In this document: piece by piece, positions 18,460 through 27,394 of the stretch
Layout of the letters: each line of letters begins with the position of its first letter
Numbering within the stretch: the stretch's first letter is position 1
DNA from: Candidatus Dojkabacteria bacterium
GTDB taxonomy: Bacteria; Patescibacteriota; Dojkabacteria; SC72; JAHDCA01
Reading direction: 5' to 3'
Assembly: GCA_030583845.1 (NCBI GenBank)
Contig: CP129478.1
Span: 779,686 to 843,685 of the forward strand
DNA length: 64,000 nucleotides
The notes under the pieces: generated by a model
The model's input: the letters and a program-made list of their open reading frames with translations, nothing else
Told to the model about the DNA's origin: nothing
Database searches by the model: none
Program-made: the position numbers and the translations under genes

Positions 18460-18639
18460 ACAAAAATAACGAGCTATTTTCTTTAGGAGCACGGAAAGTA
18501 TATCAAATGTCTAAGCCACAAACAACATCGGGCAGTCCTGCCTGTGTAATCCTATAGTTGAAATACCACGGCTGTCCTATTACAACATCCCATAGAGAGT
18601 GGTACAATGAAAGAGATAAATTTTCATTAACTCTCTATT

Positions 18640-19363
18640 ATGGCTTCAAAAAATAAGAAGTCTAGTCAGGGAAGTAGCGCATCTGCGCAAGGTTCGCAGA
18701 GTGCTTCAGCTTCTCAATCGCAGGGTGTAGAAGACACTGGCCGATCAGTCCTGAGTGTTATGGGCTGGATCATTGCTGGTGTATTTCTGCTACTATTCGC
18801 ATCTTTCGTTTTCTTTGAGAATGATGAGAGCGATGAGCTGAGCCAGGCTACACAGGATAAATATGATGCAGTACAGGAGCTGTATGATACTGTGCGACCT
18901 GCTCTTTCACAGGAAGGACAGGAGGATCTGGATATCGTTATGGAGTATATCGATGAAGATCCAAACAGGCTTAATTTGGAGAAGGATGAGCATCCAGCAT
19001 ATGTTGTTGAGGCATATGATGCAGTAAAGTCCGAGATTGAGGAATCAGTCGGTTCAGGACAAGAGCCAGAAGAGGGAGTACAGGTAGGTGATGAGTACAC
19101 AGTTGTTGGTGTGCTTGAGGAGACAGAAGAGGACACAGTCTATGGTCCGCTTGTTCAAAGTTCAAGACGAAACAACTGGTGCAGACCTTTACTTTGTATT
19201 TAATGGTGATCAGCTAAACGAGATCGAAGATCAATCGATGCTCGGTGAGAGGGTCGAAATTGACATCGTCATAACCGATGTTGAGGGTGGTAAAGTCGCA
19301 TACAATGTGACTGATGGCCCATCATTGGTTGATGATGGCTCAGACGAAGAGTCAGAGGAGTAG
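18640..19363 (+). CDS. Acidic membrane-anchored protein, apparently split by a frameshift near 19140 (ORFs 18640..19203 and 19088..19363)
   Basis: An N-terminal S/Q-rich segment and a TM helix (GWIIAGVFLLLFASFVFF) are followed by an acidic tail. The second ORF continues the same D/E-rich composition (KVQDETTGADLYFVFNGDQLNEIED...DDGSDEESEE) in another frame. Confidence 0.35.
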
Positions 19364-19399
19364 TTTTTAAGAGCACTTTGCTGAACTGATGTAAGTGCA

Positions 19400-19440
19400 G
19401 GGGCGGTGTGTTTTGCAAAACACACCGCCCCTTTTGTTAT
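19400..19440 (+). terminator. Rho-independent terminator hairpin
   Basis: The stem GGGGCGGTGTGTTTTG/CAAAACACACCGCCCC is followed by TTTTGTTATTT. Confidence 0.65.
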
Positions 19441-19469
19441 TTCGCTCGGCATCATATACTTGGAGCCGT

Positions 19470-19800
19470 GGGAAACAGAAAGTTTGTTAAAAATAATGAA
19501 AGCTTTAGATGCGTGAATTGTGGCGTTGATGTGCCAGTTCACCCCAGCAGCTCTCGCGATCATTGTAACCAATGTCTTTATTCTCTCCATGTGGACATCA
19601 ATCCAGGCGATAGAGCAAACCCGTGCAAAGGGATCTTGAAGCCAATAGCTGTGCTCCAAAGCAATAATCGGCAGCAGATCGAATACGAATGTGAGAAATG
19701 CGGTGCTACCGTTAGAAATATCGTAGCGCCTGATGATGATATGAACCGACTGATCGAGGTGTCGGTCCAGCCTTGGGAAGGCAGCACGGCCTCAAAGTAG
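19470..19800 (+). CDS. RNHCP-domain zinc-ribbon protein
   Basis: RKFVKNNESFRCVNCGVDV...SSRDHCNQCLYSLHVD matches the RNHCP family pattern, and a second Cys pair EYECEKCGAT follows. The start is uncertain: the ORF is open from 19408 and a GTG/TTG near 19461-19470 is likely. Confidence 0.5.
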
Positions 19801-19816
19801 ACGATTAAACGGTTGT

Positions 19817-20137
19817 TTATGCAGAAAGTCTTTTAATAGTCTCTACATAGTTCTGCTTTGGCTGTAGGCCGATCATTTTCTCTACCAGCTGACCATCTTT
19901 GAAGAACATAACCGTTGGGATGCTCATGACCTGGTTTGCCTGGGCTGTTTGAGGATTTTCGTCGACATTCATTTTGACTACTTTCGCTTTACCTTTCATT
20001 TCCTCCGCTACTTCTTCAAGAATCGGAGAAAGCATCACGCAAGGGCCACACCAAGGAGCCCAAAGGTCTATTACAACAACGCCTTTTTCATTAAGAACTT
20101 CGGCCTGAAATGTTGCATCTGTTACTTCATTAACCAT
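19817..20137 (-). CDS. trxA: Thioredoxin
   Basis: The active site is WAPWCGPC. The start is taken at the internal ATG (MVNEVTDATF...), which gives a ~106-aa protein. That ATG lies inside a TTAATGAA motif copy. Confidence 0.9.
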   Translation of the reverse strand: MVNEVTDATFQAEVLNEKGVVVIDLWAPWCGPCVMLSPILEEVAEEMKGKAKVVKMNVDENPQTAQANQVMSIPTVMFFKDGQLVEKMIGLQPKQNYVETIKRLSA

Positions 20138-20287
20138 AGTTAAAAATTGTGGATAGTTTAGTCGCCCTATGATAGGACAAGAGTAGGGTAGGGTCAATCA
20201 AAAGTGATTGGCTGGTGTATAGCTAATTTCAGGCGTTTTTAATATAATTACGCCGTAGTAGAACGGTTTTAATGCTATCCTGCTTTT

Positions 20288-21397
20288 ATGGAAAGATTAA
20301 CAATTAATGAAAATGAATATCAGCTTGTAGTGGATCGTGCCGTTGAGGTGTTGGCAAGCGGTGGAATTGTCGTGTACCCAACCGAAACATGCTACGGAAT
20401 TGGCGTTGACGCCACAAATCAGGCGGCTGTCGACCGTTTAATGAAGTATAAGTCGCGTAGAGAAGGGAAGCCGTTGTCTGTGGCGGTTACTGGGCGCGAG
20501 ATGGCTGCAAAATATGTTGAGATAAATGATCTTGCTGATAATCTATATGAAAACTATCTGCCCGGGCCAATAACAGTCGTATCTAAGGGCTTGGGACAGG
20601 TTGCTGCTGGGGTTGAGTCAGAATACGGTACTCTCGGGATCCGCGTCCCGGATTACAAGCTAATACTTGATATCGTTGAGAAATTTGGAAAGCCTGTGAC
20701 CTCTACCTCTGCCAACGTCTCATATAAGCCTCGTCCTTATGATATCGATACATTATTGAAGAATTGCTCGGAGCAGCAGAAAGGCTATCTCGATCTGATT
20801 CTTGATGCAGGTGTATTGCCGAAAAATGAGCCCTCAACAGTTGTTGATACAACTTTAAATAGCTTAAATGTCATGCGAGAGGGCACATTGAAATTTAATG
20901 AAGATATAAGCAACGATAAATTAATCTTGCAGGCTGAGAGTGATAGTGCAGATGAGACCGCCAGGTTTGGAAGCCTTGTGATGCTGAAGCATATAGACGC
21001 AATGCTAGAACAGCCATTTATTCTTGCATTAAAAGGTGATCTTGGGGCAGGGAAGACACAGTTTGTGAAGGGTCTCGCCCAGCAGTTAAAAATTAATGAA
21101 AATGTATCTTCGCCGACCTATACAATCATTGATGAGTACAAATATGAGGTTGGTGAGCATAGAAAAGGGCTGCTCGCACACATGGACACATGGAGGGTAG
21201 ATGGGGCAGAGGAATTCGCACGAACAGGTCTTGAGGGGTACCTTAAGCCTGGCAATGTCATAGCTATCGAGTGGGCAGACAAATTTTATCCAGAGCTACT
21301 TGAAGCTGCAAAGAATTCGAAGGCTAAAGTCTTGAAGGTAAGCTTCGAGCATATCTCCGAGAGTAAGCGGAAAATAGAGGTTTATTCAGAAATTTAA
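20288..21397 (+). CDS. tsaC/tsaE: Fused threonylcarbamoyl-AMP synthase TsaC (YrdC/Sua5 domain) + TsaE (YjeE P-loop ATPase)
   Basis: The N-terminal half carries VVYPTETCYGIGVDATNQAAVDRL...STSAN, the YrdC fold. The C-terminal half carries LKGDLGAGKTQFVKGLA...SPTYTIIDEY...WRVDGAEE, the YjeE motifs. It is a single uninterrupted ORF. Confidence 0.8.
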   Translation: MERLTINENEYQLVVDRAVEVLASGGIVVYPTETCYGIGVDATNQAAVDRLMKYKSRREGKPLSVAVTGREMAAKYVEINDLADNLYENYLPGPITVVSKGLGQVAAGVESEYGTLGIRVPDYKLILDIVEKFGKPVTSTSANVSYKPRPYDIDTLLKNCSEQQKGYLDLILDAGVLPKNEPSTVVDTTLNSLNVMREGTLKFNEDISNDKLILQAESDSADETARFGSLVMLKHIDAMLEQPFILALKGDLGAGKTQFVKGLAQQLKINENVSSPTYTIIDEYKYEVGEHRKGLLAHMDTWRVDGAEEFARTGLEGYLKPGNVIAIEWADKFYPELLEAAKNSKAKVLKVSFEHISESKRKIEVYSEI

Positions 21398-22515
21398 TGA
21401 AATCTATGAGCAAGAGCGCGTTAAAAATTAATGAAAATAGTAGCGAGCCTTTAATCCTAGCTGTAGATACAAGTTGCGATGAGACCTCTGTCGCTATTCT
21501 TCGTGGCAGAAATGTAATAACAAGCATTGTTTCGTCACAAACGGAGCTCCATAAAAAGTGGGGCGGAATCGTGCCACATGTGGCACGTCGTGCGCATGAA
21601 GAGAATCTCCCAAAGGCATATGCTGAGGCTATGAAGCGTGCGGGCATAGATGATCCAAAGCAGTTCGATGCTGTTGCTGTCACCAAGGGTCCAGGGCTGG
21701 CGGTCGATCTGGAGGTTGGGATTGATTTCATTAAGCAGTTAGCAATTAATGAAAATATCCCTCTTATAGAAGTGAACCACATGGAAGGTCATTTTCTCTC
21801 ATCACTCGCGTTGAACTCGGAGGGGCACGGCTCGATAGAAGATTTTAATGAAGATGAATATTTCCCTGCTCTTGGGCTGCTTGTTTCGGGAAAGCATACC
21901 GAGATAGTCTACTCAGAGAAAATCGGGCAGTATAAAAAAATTGGCTGGACTTTGGATGATGCGGCTGGTGAGGCGTTTGATAAATTTGGGAGGATGATGG
22001 GTTTCGGCTACCCTGCTGGTCCTGTAGTGTCAGAGTTTGCAAAGAAAGGTAAGCCGAATGACCTGATTGAGCTTCCAATTCCGCTTGAAAAAAGCAAAGA
22101 TCTGAATTTCAGCTATTCAGGTCTAAAAACAGCCTCGCTTTACCGAATAAACGAGCTGCGTGAGCAGGGTTTGAAGGATAAGGATTTTGCAAATGACTTC
22201 TGTTATGCATTTGTGCAGGTTATTGTTGACTCTATAGTACTCAAATTAGAAAAGGCTCTGCAAGGGTATCCCGAGGCCAAATCTGTCTTCGCTGGAGGCG
22301 GCGTGCTCAAAAATGAAAAGCTTTCGCGTAGCCTAAGCAATATGGTCAGGAGTTATGGGGTGAAATTTAATCTTCCTGATGATAAATATCGCACCGATAA
22401 TGCCGTGATGATAGGGATTGTTGCATATTATAAATATCTACGTGGAGAGATCTCAACTACAACCGAACAGAAGTCTAGGTTAGATAGAAATCCTAGACTT
22501 GAAATAGGCAATTAA
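21397..22515 (+). CDS. tsaD: tRNA N6-adenosine threonylcarbamoyltransferase TsaD (Kae1/YgjD)
   Basis: AVDTSCDETSVAIL and ...VNHMEGH match the family. Its ATG overlaps the upstream stop (TAATG). The N-terminal ~18-aa extension contains the recurrent AATTAATGAAAAT motif. Confidence 0.85.
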   Translation: MKSMSKSALKINENSSEPLILAVDTSCDETSVAILRGRNVITSIVSSQTELHKKWGGIVPHVARRAHEENLPKAYAEAMKRAGIDDPKQFDAVAVTKGPGLAVDLEVGIDFIKQLAINENIPLIEVNHMEGHFLSSLALNSEGHGSIEDFNEDEYFPALGLLVSGKHTEIVYSEKIGQYKKIGWTLDDAAGEAFDKFGRMMGFGYPAGPVVSEFAKKGKPNDLIELPIPLEKSKDLNFSYSGLKTASLYRINELREQGLKDKDFANDFCYAFVQVIVDSIVLKLEKALQGYPEAKSVFAGGGVLKNEKLSRSLSNMVRSYGVKFNLPDDKYRTDNAVMIGIVAYYKYLRGEISTTTEQKSRLDRNPRLEIGN

Positions 22516-22769
22516 TGAAACTTCATTAACCCCCTGTTGGAACACTCATCTTCTACTTTTTTATTTCGATTGTCAATTTCTCTAAATGAAAACCGATGGT
22601 GAGGCTGCTTTCTGTACAAAAATTGTGTATATTTAAACAACGACGCACAATGTGTTGTACCGAACGGCTAAACGGCTGCTTGATGATAAGTAACACCCCT
22701 TCCTGTAATATGTCCACATTCTGTTTAGGAATATGCCCATATAATGCTTAATATTTTAGTTTTTTTGTT

Positions 22770-24440
22770 ATGGCAAGCAAAGTTAAGACACCAAAATATA
22801 TATTTGTTTCTGGAGGAGTAATCTCTGGGATTGGTAAAGGCATCGCCGCATCATCAATCGCATTCTTAATGAAATCGTACGGCTACAAGATAACGATGAT
22901 TAAGATGGATCCGTATCTAAATGTCGACGCTGGTACTATGAATCCGCTTGAGCACGGCGAAACTTTTGTACTAGAGGATGGTTACGAAACCGATATGGAT
23001 ATAGGCCATTATGAGCGCTTTACAGGAGAGCTATTTAATGAAAAGAGCTCTATGACTGCCGGTAGAGTGTTAAAAAGACTCTTAGAAGATGAAAGATCGA
23101 TGGAATATAAAGGCAGGTGCGTCGAATTTGATACGCATGTGCCACTTGAGGTGGTCAAATGGGTCGAAGATGTGCAGAAAACCAATCAATCTGACATAAC
23201 TGTGATTGAGATCGGCGCGACAGTTGGCGAGCTTGGCCAAAGAATCTACCTCGAAGCCAATCGCATCATGAAGGTTTGGTTTCCAAATGATGTAATTCAT
23301 GTACATGTCTCATATCTTCCAATCCCGAAAAATCTCGGCGAGATGAAGAGCAAGCCCGTCCAGCTTTCAGTGCAGCTGCTCAATGGCGCCGGAATTAATC
23401 CTGATTTCATAATTGCACGTTCTGAGCTTCCAATTGACGATATCAGACGGGAGAAGCTTAGCTTCAAGTGTTATGTGCCAAAAGATAACGTCATATCTGC
23501 ACCTGACATCGAAAATATCTATGAGGTGCCATTGAACTTTGAGAAAGATGAGCTCGGCCGAAAGCTTCTCGAGAAATTCGGCCTACAGGCCAAGAGAAAT
23601 GGCGTCTTCGAAGAGTGGAAAGAGAAATTTGCAAAATTATCAGATGCCAAAGAGAAAGTTACCATCGGGATCGTCGGAAAATATTACAAGAGTGGCGATT
23701 TCGACCTGAAGGACTCATATGTATCTGTAATTGAGGCAATTCGACATGCAGCATGGGCTCAAAACCTACTACCAGAGATCAAATGGTTTGTTGCAGACGA
23801 TTTTGAAAATGACGAAGCCATGCTTGAAGAATTAAAAAGTGTTGACGGAATAATTGTGCCGCAGGGTTGGGGCAGTAGAGGTGGTGAGGGGAAGATTAAA
23901 GCAGTTCAGGTTGCCCGTGAGAGCAAGATCCCCTATCTCGGTCTATGCTATGGGATGCAGATGGCTGTGATTGAGTACGCAAGGAATGTTGCCGGAGTTA
24001 GCGGTGCAAATTCTGAAGAGATCGATGAGAAAGCTGCCGATCCTGTAATCCACATAATGGAAGAGCAGAAAAAGCATATCGCTGAAGGTAACTATGGTGG
24101 CACGATAAGACTCGGCGCATGGCCGTGCAAAGTCGAGAAAGGATCGCTACTGGAGGAGATGTATAAAAAGTACTCAAACGGGCTATTTAATGAATTGCCC
24201 GTCGTCCAAGAAAGGCATCGCCACAGATATGAATTTAACAATGAATACCGAGAGGCACTGAGCAAGGCTGGCCTAAAGATCACAGGCACTAGCCCGGATG
24301 ATAGGCTGGTTGAGGCAATTGAGCTTGATAAAAAGGATCATCCATTTTTCGTCGCGACACAATATCATCCTGAGCTGAAGTCGCAGTTTATAATGCCGCA
24401 TCCGTTGTTTATGGGCTTTATAGCTGCAGCTAAGAAATAG
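22770..24440 (+). CDS. pyrG: CTP synthase
   Basis: The N-terminal synthase domain has KYIFVSGGVISGIGKGIAASS. The C-terminal GATase domain has LGLCYGMQMAVIEYARNV and HRHRYEFN. Confidence 0.9.
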   Translation: MASKVKTPKYIFVSGGVISGIGKGIAASSIAFLMKSYGYKITMIKMDPYLNVDAGTMNPLEHGETFVLEDGYETDMDIGHYERFTGELFNEKSSMTAGRVLKRLLEDERSMEYKGRCVEFDTHVPLEVVKWVEDVQKTNQSDITVIEIGATVGELGQRIYLEANRIMKVWFPNDVIHVHVSYLPIPKNLGEMKSKPVQLSVQLLNGAGINPDFIIARSELPIDDIRREKLSFKCYVPKDNVISAPDIENIYEVPLNFEKDELGRKLLEKFGLQAKRNGVFEEWKEKFAKLSDAKEKVTIGIVGKYYKSGDFDLKDSYVSVIEAIRHAAWAQNLLPEIKWFVADDFENDEAMLEELKSVDGIIVPQGWGSRGGEGKIKAVQVARESKIPYLGLCYGMQMAVIEYARNVAGVSGANSEEIDEKAADPVIHIMEEQKKHIAEGNYGGTIRLGAWPCKVEKGSLLEEMYKKYSNGLFNELPVVQERHRHRYEFNNEYREALSKAGLKITGTSPDDRLVEAIELDKKDHPFFVATQYHPELKSQFIMPHPLFMGFIAAAKK

Positions 24441-24471
24441 GATACGAATTAGTCAGTAGGCATATTATGGG

Positions 24472-25746
24472 CTACCAGCCGAGCTCGATCTCAGTGAGCC
24501 TGTTATATTTGGCTAGTCTTTCGCCACGATCCGGACCGCCAAACTTTGTCTGGCCTGACATTGTGCCGATTGCAAGGTCAGCAATCAGGTCGTCGTTTGT
24601 CTCGCCACCACGGTGAGACATCACTGCTCCCCACCCTACTGATTTGGCCATCTTAATCGCTTCAATCGTCTCTGTAATCGTGCCGATCTGATTTATCTTC
24701 ACAAGTACTGCGTTTGCAGCATCGGCTGTAATCGCTTTGCGGATACGTTCAACATTGGTTGTAAGGAGATCGTCACCAACAATCTGCATGGTGCTACCAA
24801 ACTGATCCACCAGCCTGACCCATGTATCCCAGTCCTCTTCAAAGAGTGTGTCTTCAATACTCCAGATCGGATACTGCCTGAACCAGTCGGCCTGCTTTTC
24901 AAGCCACTCTTCAGATGACAGGATCAACCCCTCACGCTTCAAGTTATATTTACCAGTCTCGCGGTCATAAAACTCTGATGCCGCCATGTCCAACGCAAGC
25001 ACTATCTCTTCCCCGACCTTATATCCTGCCAATTCGACTCCCTCGAGCATAATCTCGAAAGCCTCAGTATTCGAGCGAATCTCGTGTGGTGCGAAAGCTC
25101 CTTCAAAGCCCACCGTGGCCGAATAGCCTCGCTTAAGTAGGGCATCGTGGGTAGCTTTGAAAATCTCTGCTCCGGCGCGCACTACATCTGAATACTTTGG
25201 GAATCTCTCTTTCTTTGGGACAACCATATACTCCTGGAAATCAGTTGCCCAGTTCCCGTGCTTTCCGCCCTCCATGAGCAGCACCATCGACTGCGGCATC
25301 TCTATCTTAAATTTGCTCTCATACTCGTCGCCGAAATACGCTTTTGCAAAGTACTGATAGAGCGGCTGTTTGGTAGATATAGCCATCGCGCGTGCGAAAG
25401 CCATAGATACTGAGAGAATGCTGTTGCCACCGAGCTTGCTTTTGTTCAAAGTGCCATCAAGCAGGATAAGGAAGTTATCTAGATCTGCTTGTGTGTCGTA
25501 GTTCATGCCAACGATTGCGGTTTTAATCTCTGTCTCGACCTTGGAGACGGCATTTAATACCCCATCGCCGAAGTAGCGAGCCTTGTCATCGTCGCGCATC
25601 TCAAGCACCTCTGTAGTGCCCGTTGAGGCTCCAGAAGGTACTGCACCTTTTGCCTTGGTACCGTCTTCTAATGTAATCTCGGTCTCGATGGTCGGGATGC
25701 CTCGGGAGTCTAGGATTTCGCGGGCTCGCAGGTTGGATATATTCAT
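24472..25746 (-). CDS. eno: Enolase
   Basis: ILDSRGIPTIE, SGASTG and SHRGGETNDDLIADLAIG match enolase. The start is taken at the internal ATG (MNISNLRAREILDSRG); the ORF is open to 25785. Confidence 0.9.
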   Translation of the reverse strand: MNISNLRAREILDSRGIPTIETEITLEDGTKAKGAVPSGASTGTTEVLEMRDDDKARYFGDGVLNAVSKVETEIKTAIVGMNYDTQADLDNFLILLDGTLNKSKLGGNSILSVSMAFARAMAISTKQPLYQYFAKAYFGDEYESKFKIEMPQSMVLLMEGGKHGNWATDFQEYMVVPKKERFPKYSDVVRAGAEIFKATHDALLKRGYSATVGFEGAFAPHEIRSNTEAFEIMLEGVELAGYKVGEEIVLALDMAASEFYDRETGKYNLKREGLILSSEEWLEKQADWFRQYPIWSIEDTLFEEDWDTWVRLVDQFGSTMQIVGDDLLTTNVERIRKAITADAANAVLVKINQIGTITETIEAIKMAKSVGWGAVMSHRGGETNDDLIADLAIGTMSGQTKFGGPDRGERLAKYNRLTEIELGW

Positions 25747-25767
25747 GTCTTGTTTGATAAGGTTAGT

Positions 25768-25809
25768 CCAAGTCGCACTTTGCAAGTGCGACTTCGCGAA
25801 GGCGGAGTT
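25768..25809. repeat. 42-nt palindromic repeat, copy 1 (identical to 41553..41594)
   Basis: The sequence is CCAAGTCGCACTTTGCAAGTGCGACTTCGCGAAGGCGGAGTT. It contains a 10-bp stem/5-nt loop hairpin plus a CTTCGCGAAG palindrome, and it sits between the SPFH gene 3' end and the eno start. Confidence 0.7.
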
Positions 25810-25847
25810 TGTTTGACATCCGTCTGTTTCAGGCTACGAGCTGTCGG

Positions 25848-26709
25848 TTATTGGCCCTGGTTCCCTAAATCTAGGATTAGGCCTGAGTCATCTCCAGCAA
25901 CCACGTCGGGCAGCTGCCCATTCCATTTCTCAATCCATAGCTTGTTTATCAATGCCTGATTTAGTGATGATTGCTGCAAAGCTTGAGCCTGTGCCTCACC
26001 CTCTGCCTTGGTGATAGCTGCTTTTTTCTTGAACTCTTCTTGTTGCGCGATGAACTCTTCGGTAGTTACTTTCTCTTTCTCTATCTGCTTCTGCTCGATT
26101 GCCTGTATGTACTCATCAGTGAATTGGAGTGATCTGATACCAAACTCGTCTAGAGATTAGACCGTTATCTTCAAAAATAGGCGCAAGTTTATCAAAAATC
26201 TCTTGAGAGACCTCGTCAACATTACCGGTGTATAGGTCGGCTGCTGAGTAGTTGCGTGCTATCTGACGTGCCCAGATGCGCGAATCAGTTTTCACAATCT
26301 TCTCGACAACCTCTTCTTCTGTACCCAAGGTGTTGGCTACATCCTTAATCTTGTCAGGATCGATTGAGAATCTCACCGTGTATCGTATCGAAACCTGCTG
26401 TCCATCTTTAGTGTTTGTATCAACAGCGAAGTCTTGGTAGTCAGAGTTTGAAGCTCCGGTATACGGTGTAAATGACAATGTCTCGTACACAATCTTCTGT
26501 GTTCTATAGGTTACAACCTCGTCGACTACTGGAATTTTAAAGTGCAGTCCCGGCTCTTTAGGCTCTCCAACAATCTTACCAAAGCGTGTCAATATTGAAA
26601 CCTGCCCATACTGTACGCTAAATGTTGCCGAGTTTAATATGGCTAATGCTGCAACTCCAACGACCACAACTGCAAATAGTATCCCTGCAATCCTTTTGCT
26701 TCTGTCCAT
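25848..26709 (-). pseudogene. SPFH/band-7 (prohibitin/HflC-like) membrane protein interrupted by a single 1-nt frameshift near 26146
   Basis: ORF 26116..26709 gives the N-terminal TM and SPFH core. The C-terminal segment EFGIRSLQFTDEYIQAIEQKQIEKEKV...AEGEAQAQALQQS continues in the +1 frame down to the stop at 25848. An extra A in CTAATCT restores the frame if removed. Confidence 0.6.
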
Positions 26710-26911
26710 ATGCTTTATTACTAATTTAAACCTTCTTAATATATAACATAGCCGTTAAAACTGTTCAAATATTCGTTTATGTAAGCCTTATCCTTGCGCT
26801 AACTTCCTACACTGCACGTGGGAAAATAGATTGTATCTGGGCTAATAATACGGTAAAATACTAGCGAAATCTTAATAAACAGCCATTTATGGCTAATTAT
26901 TAAGAAGGCAA

Positions 26912-27000
26912 GCCGAGGTGGTGGAATTGGCAGACACGCTACTTTGAGGTGGTAGTGGGAGTTAAATCCTGTGCAGGTTCAAGTCCTGTCCTCGGCACCA
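26912..27000 (+). tRNA. tRNA-Leu (GAG), type II with long variable arm, CCA encoded
   Basis: Hand fold gives acceptor GCCGAGG/CCTCGGC, anticodon stem CTACT/GGTAG and loop TTGAGGT. Confidence 0.8.
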
Positions 27001-27103
27001 TCCGACCGCTAGACGATAATAGTCGCATGATTTAAGTCGCACTAGGGTCAAGTGAGTCGGGATGGTGCCTTAATGGCATCTATCTGTTAAAATACAGGAC
27101 ATC

Positions 27104-27180
27104 GGGCGATTAGCTCAGCTGGTTAGAGCATCTCGTTTACACCGAGAGGGTCGGGGGTTCGAATCCCTCATCGCCCACCA
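27104..27180 (+). tRNA. tRNA-Val (TAC), CCA encoded
   Basis: Hand fold gives acceptor GGGCGAT/ATCGCCC, anticodon stem-loop TCTCG-TTTACAC-CGAGA and T-loop GGTTCGAATCC. Confidence 0.85.
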
Positions 27181-27394
27181 TGTAACCGATCGCATCCGTA
27201 GGCTGCAAGGCGAGCTATGGTTTAAAGATTGAGTGTATGAAGAACCGACGGTTCGTTAGGACGCATCCCACGAGTGAAACGAGTGGCAGATGCGACGTTA
27301 TGCTAGATCCATTGAGGTCTGCGAGCGTAGCGAGCAGTAACCGAAATGAGATCCAGTAAATCCCTCATCACCCACCATTTCCTAAAATTGAGAG

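Noticed and set aside
18280-18492. 70-aa ORF on the minus strand
   Set aside because: It completely overlaps tRNA-Asp(GTC) on the same strand, so it is spurious.
22520-22769. Possible ncRNA (RNase P, SRP, 6S) in the long tsaD-pyrG spacer
   Set aside because: None of the conserved motifs I know were found (RNase P GGAAAGUCCGG/ACAGAAA, SRP domain IV). It was left as a promoter/UTR region.
27181-27394. Second tRNA or tmRNA-like gene after tRNA-Val
   Set aside because: Only the last 19 nt of the tRNA are duplicated. No T-arm or acceptor pairing could be built, so it is treated as an att-like remnant.
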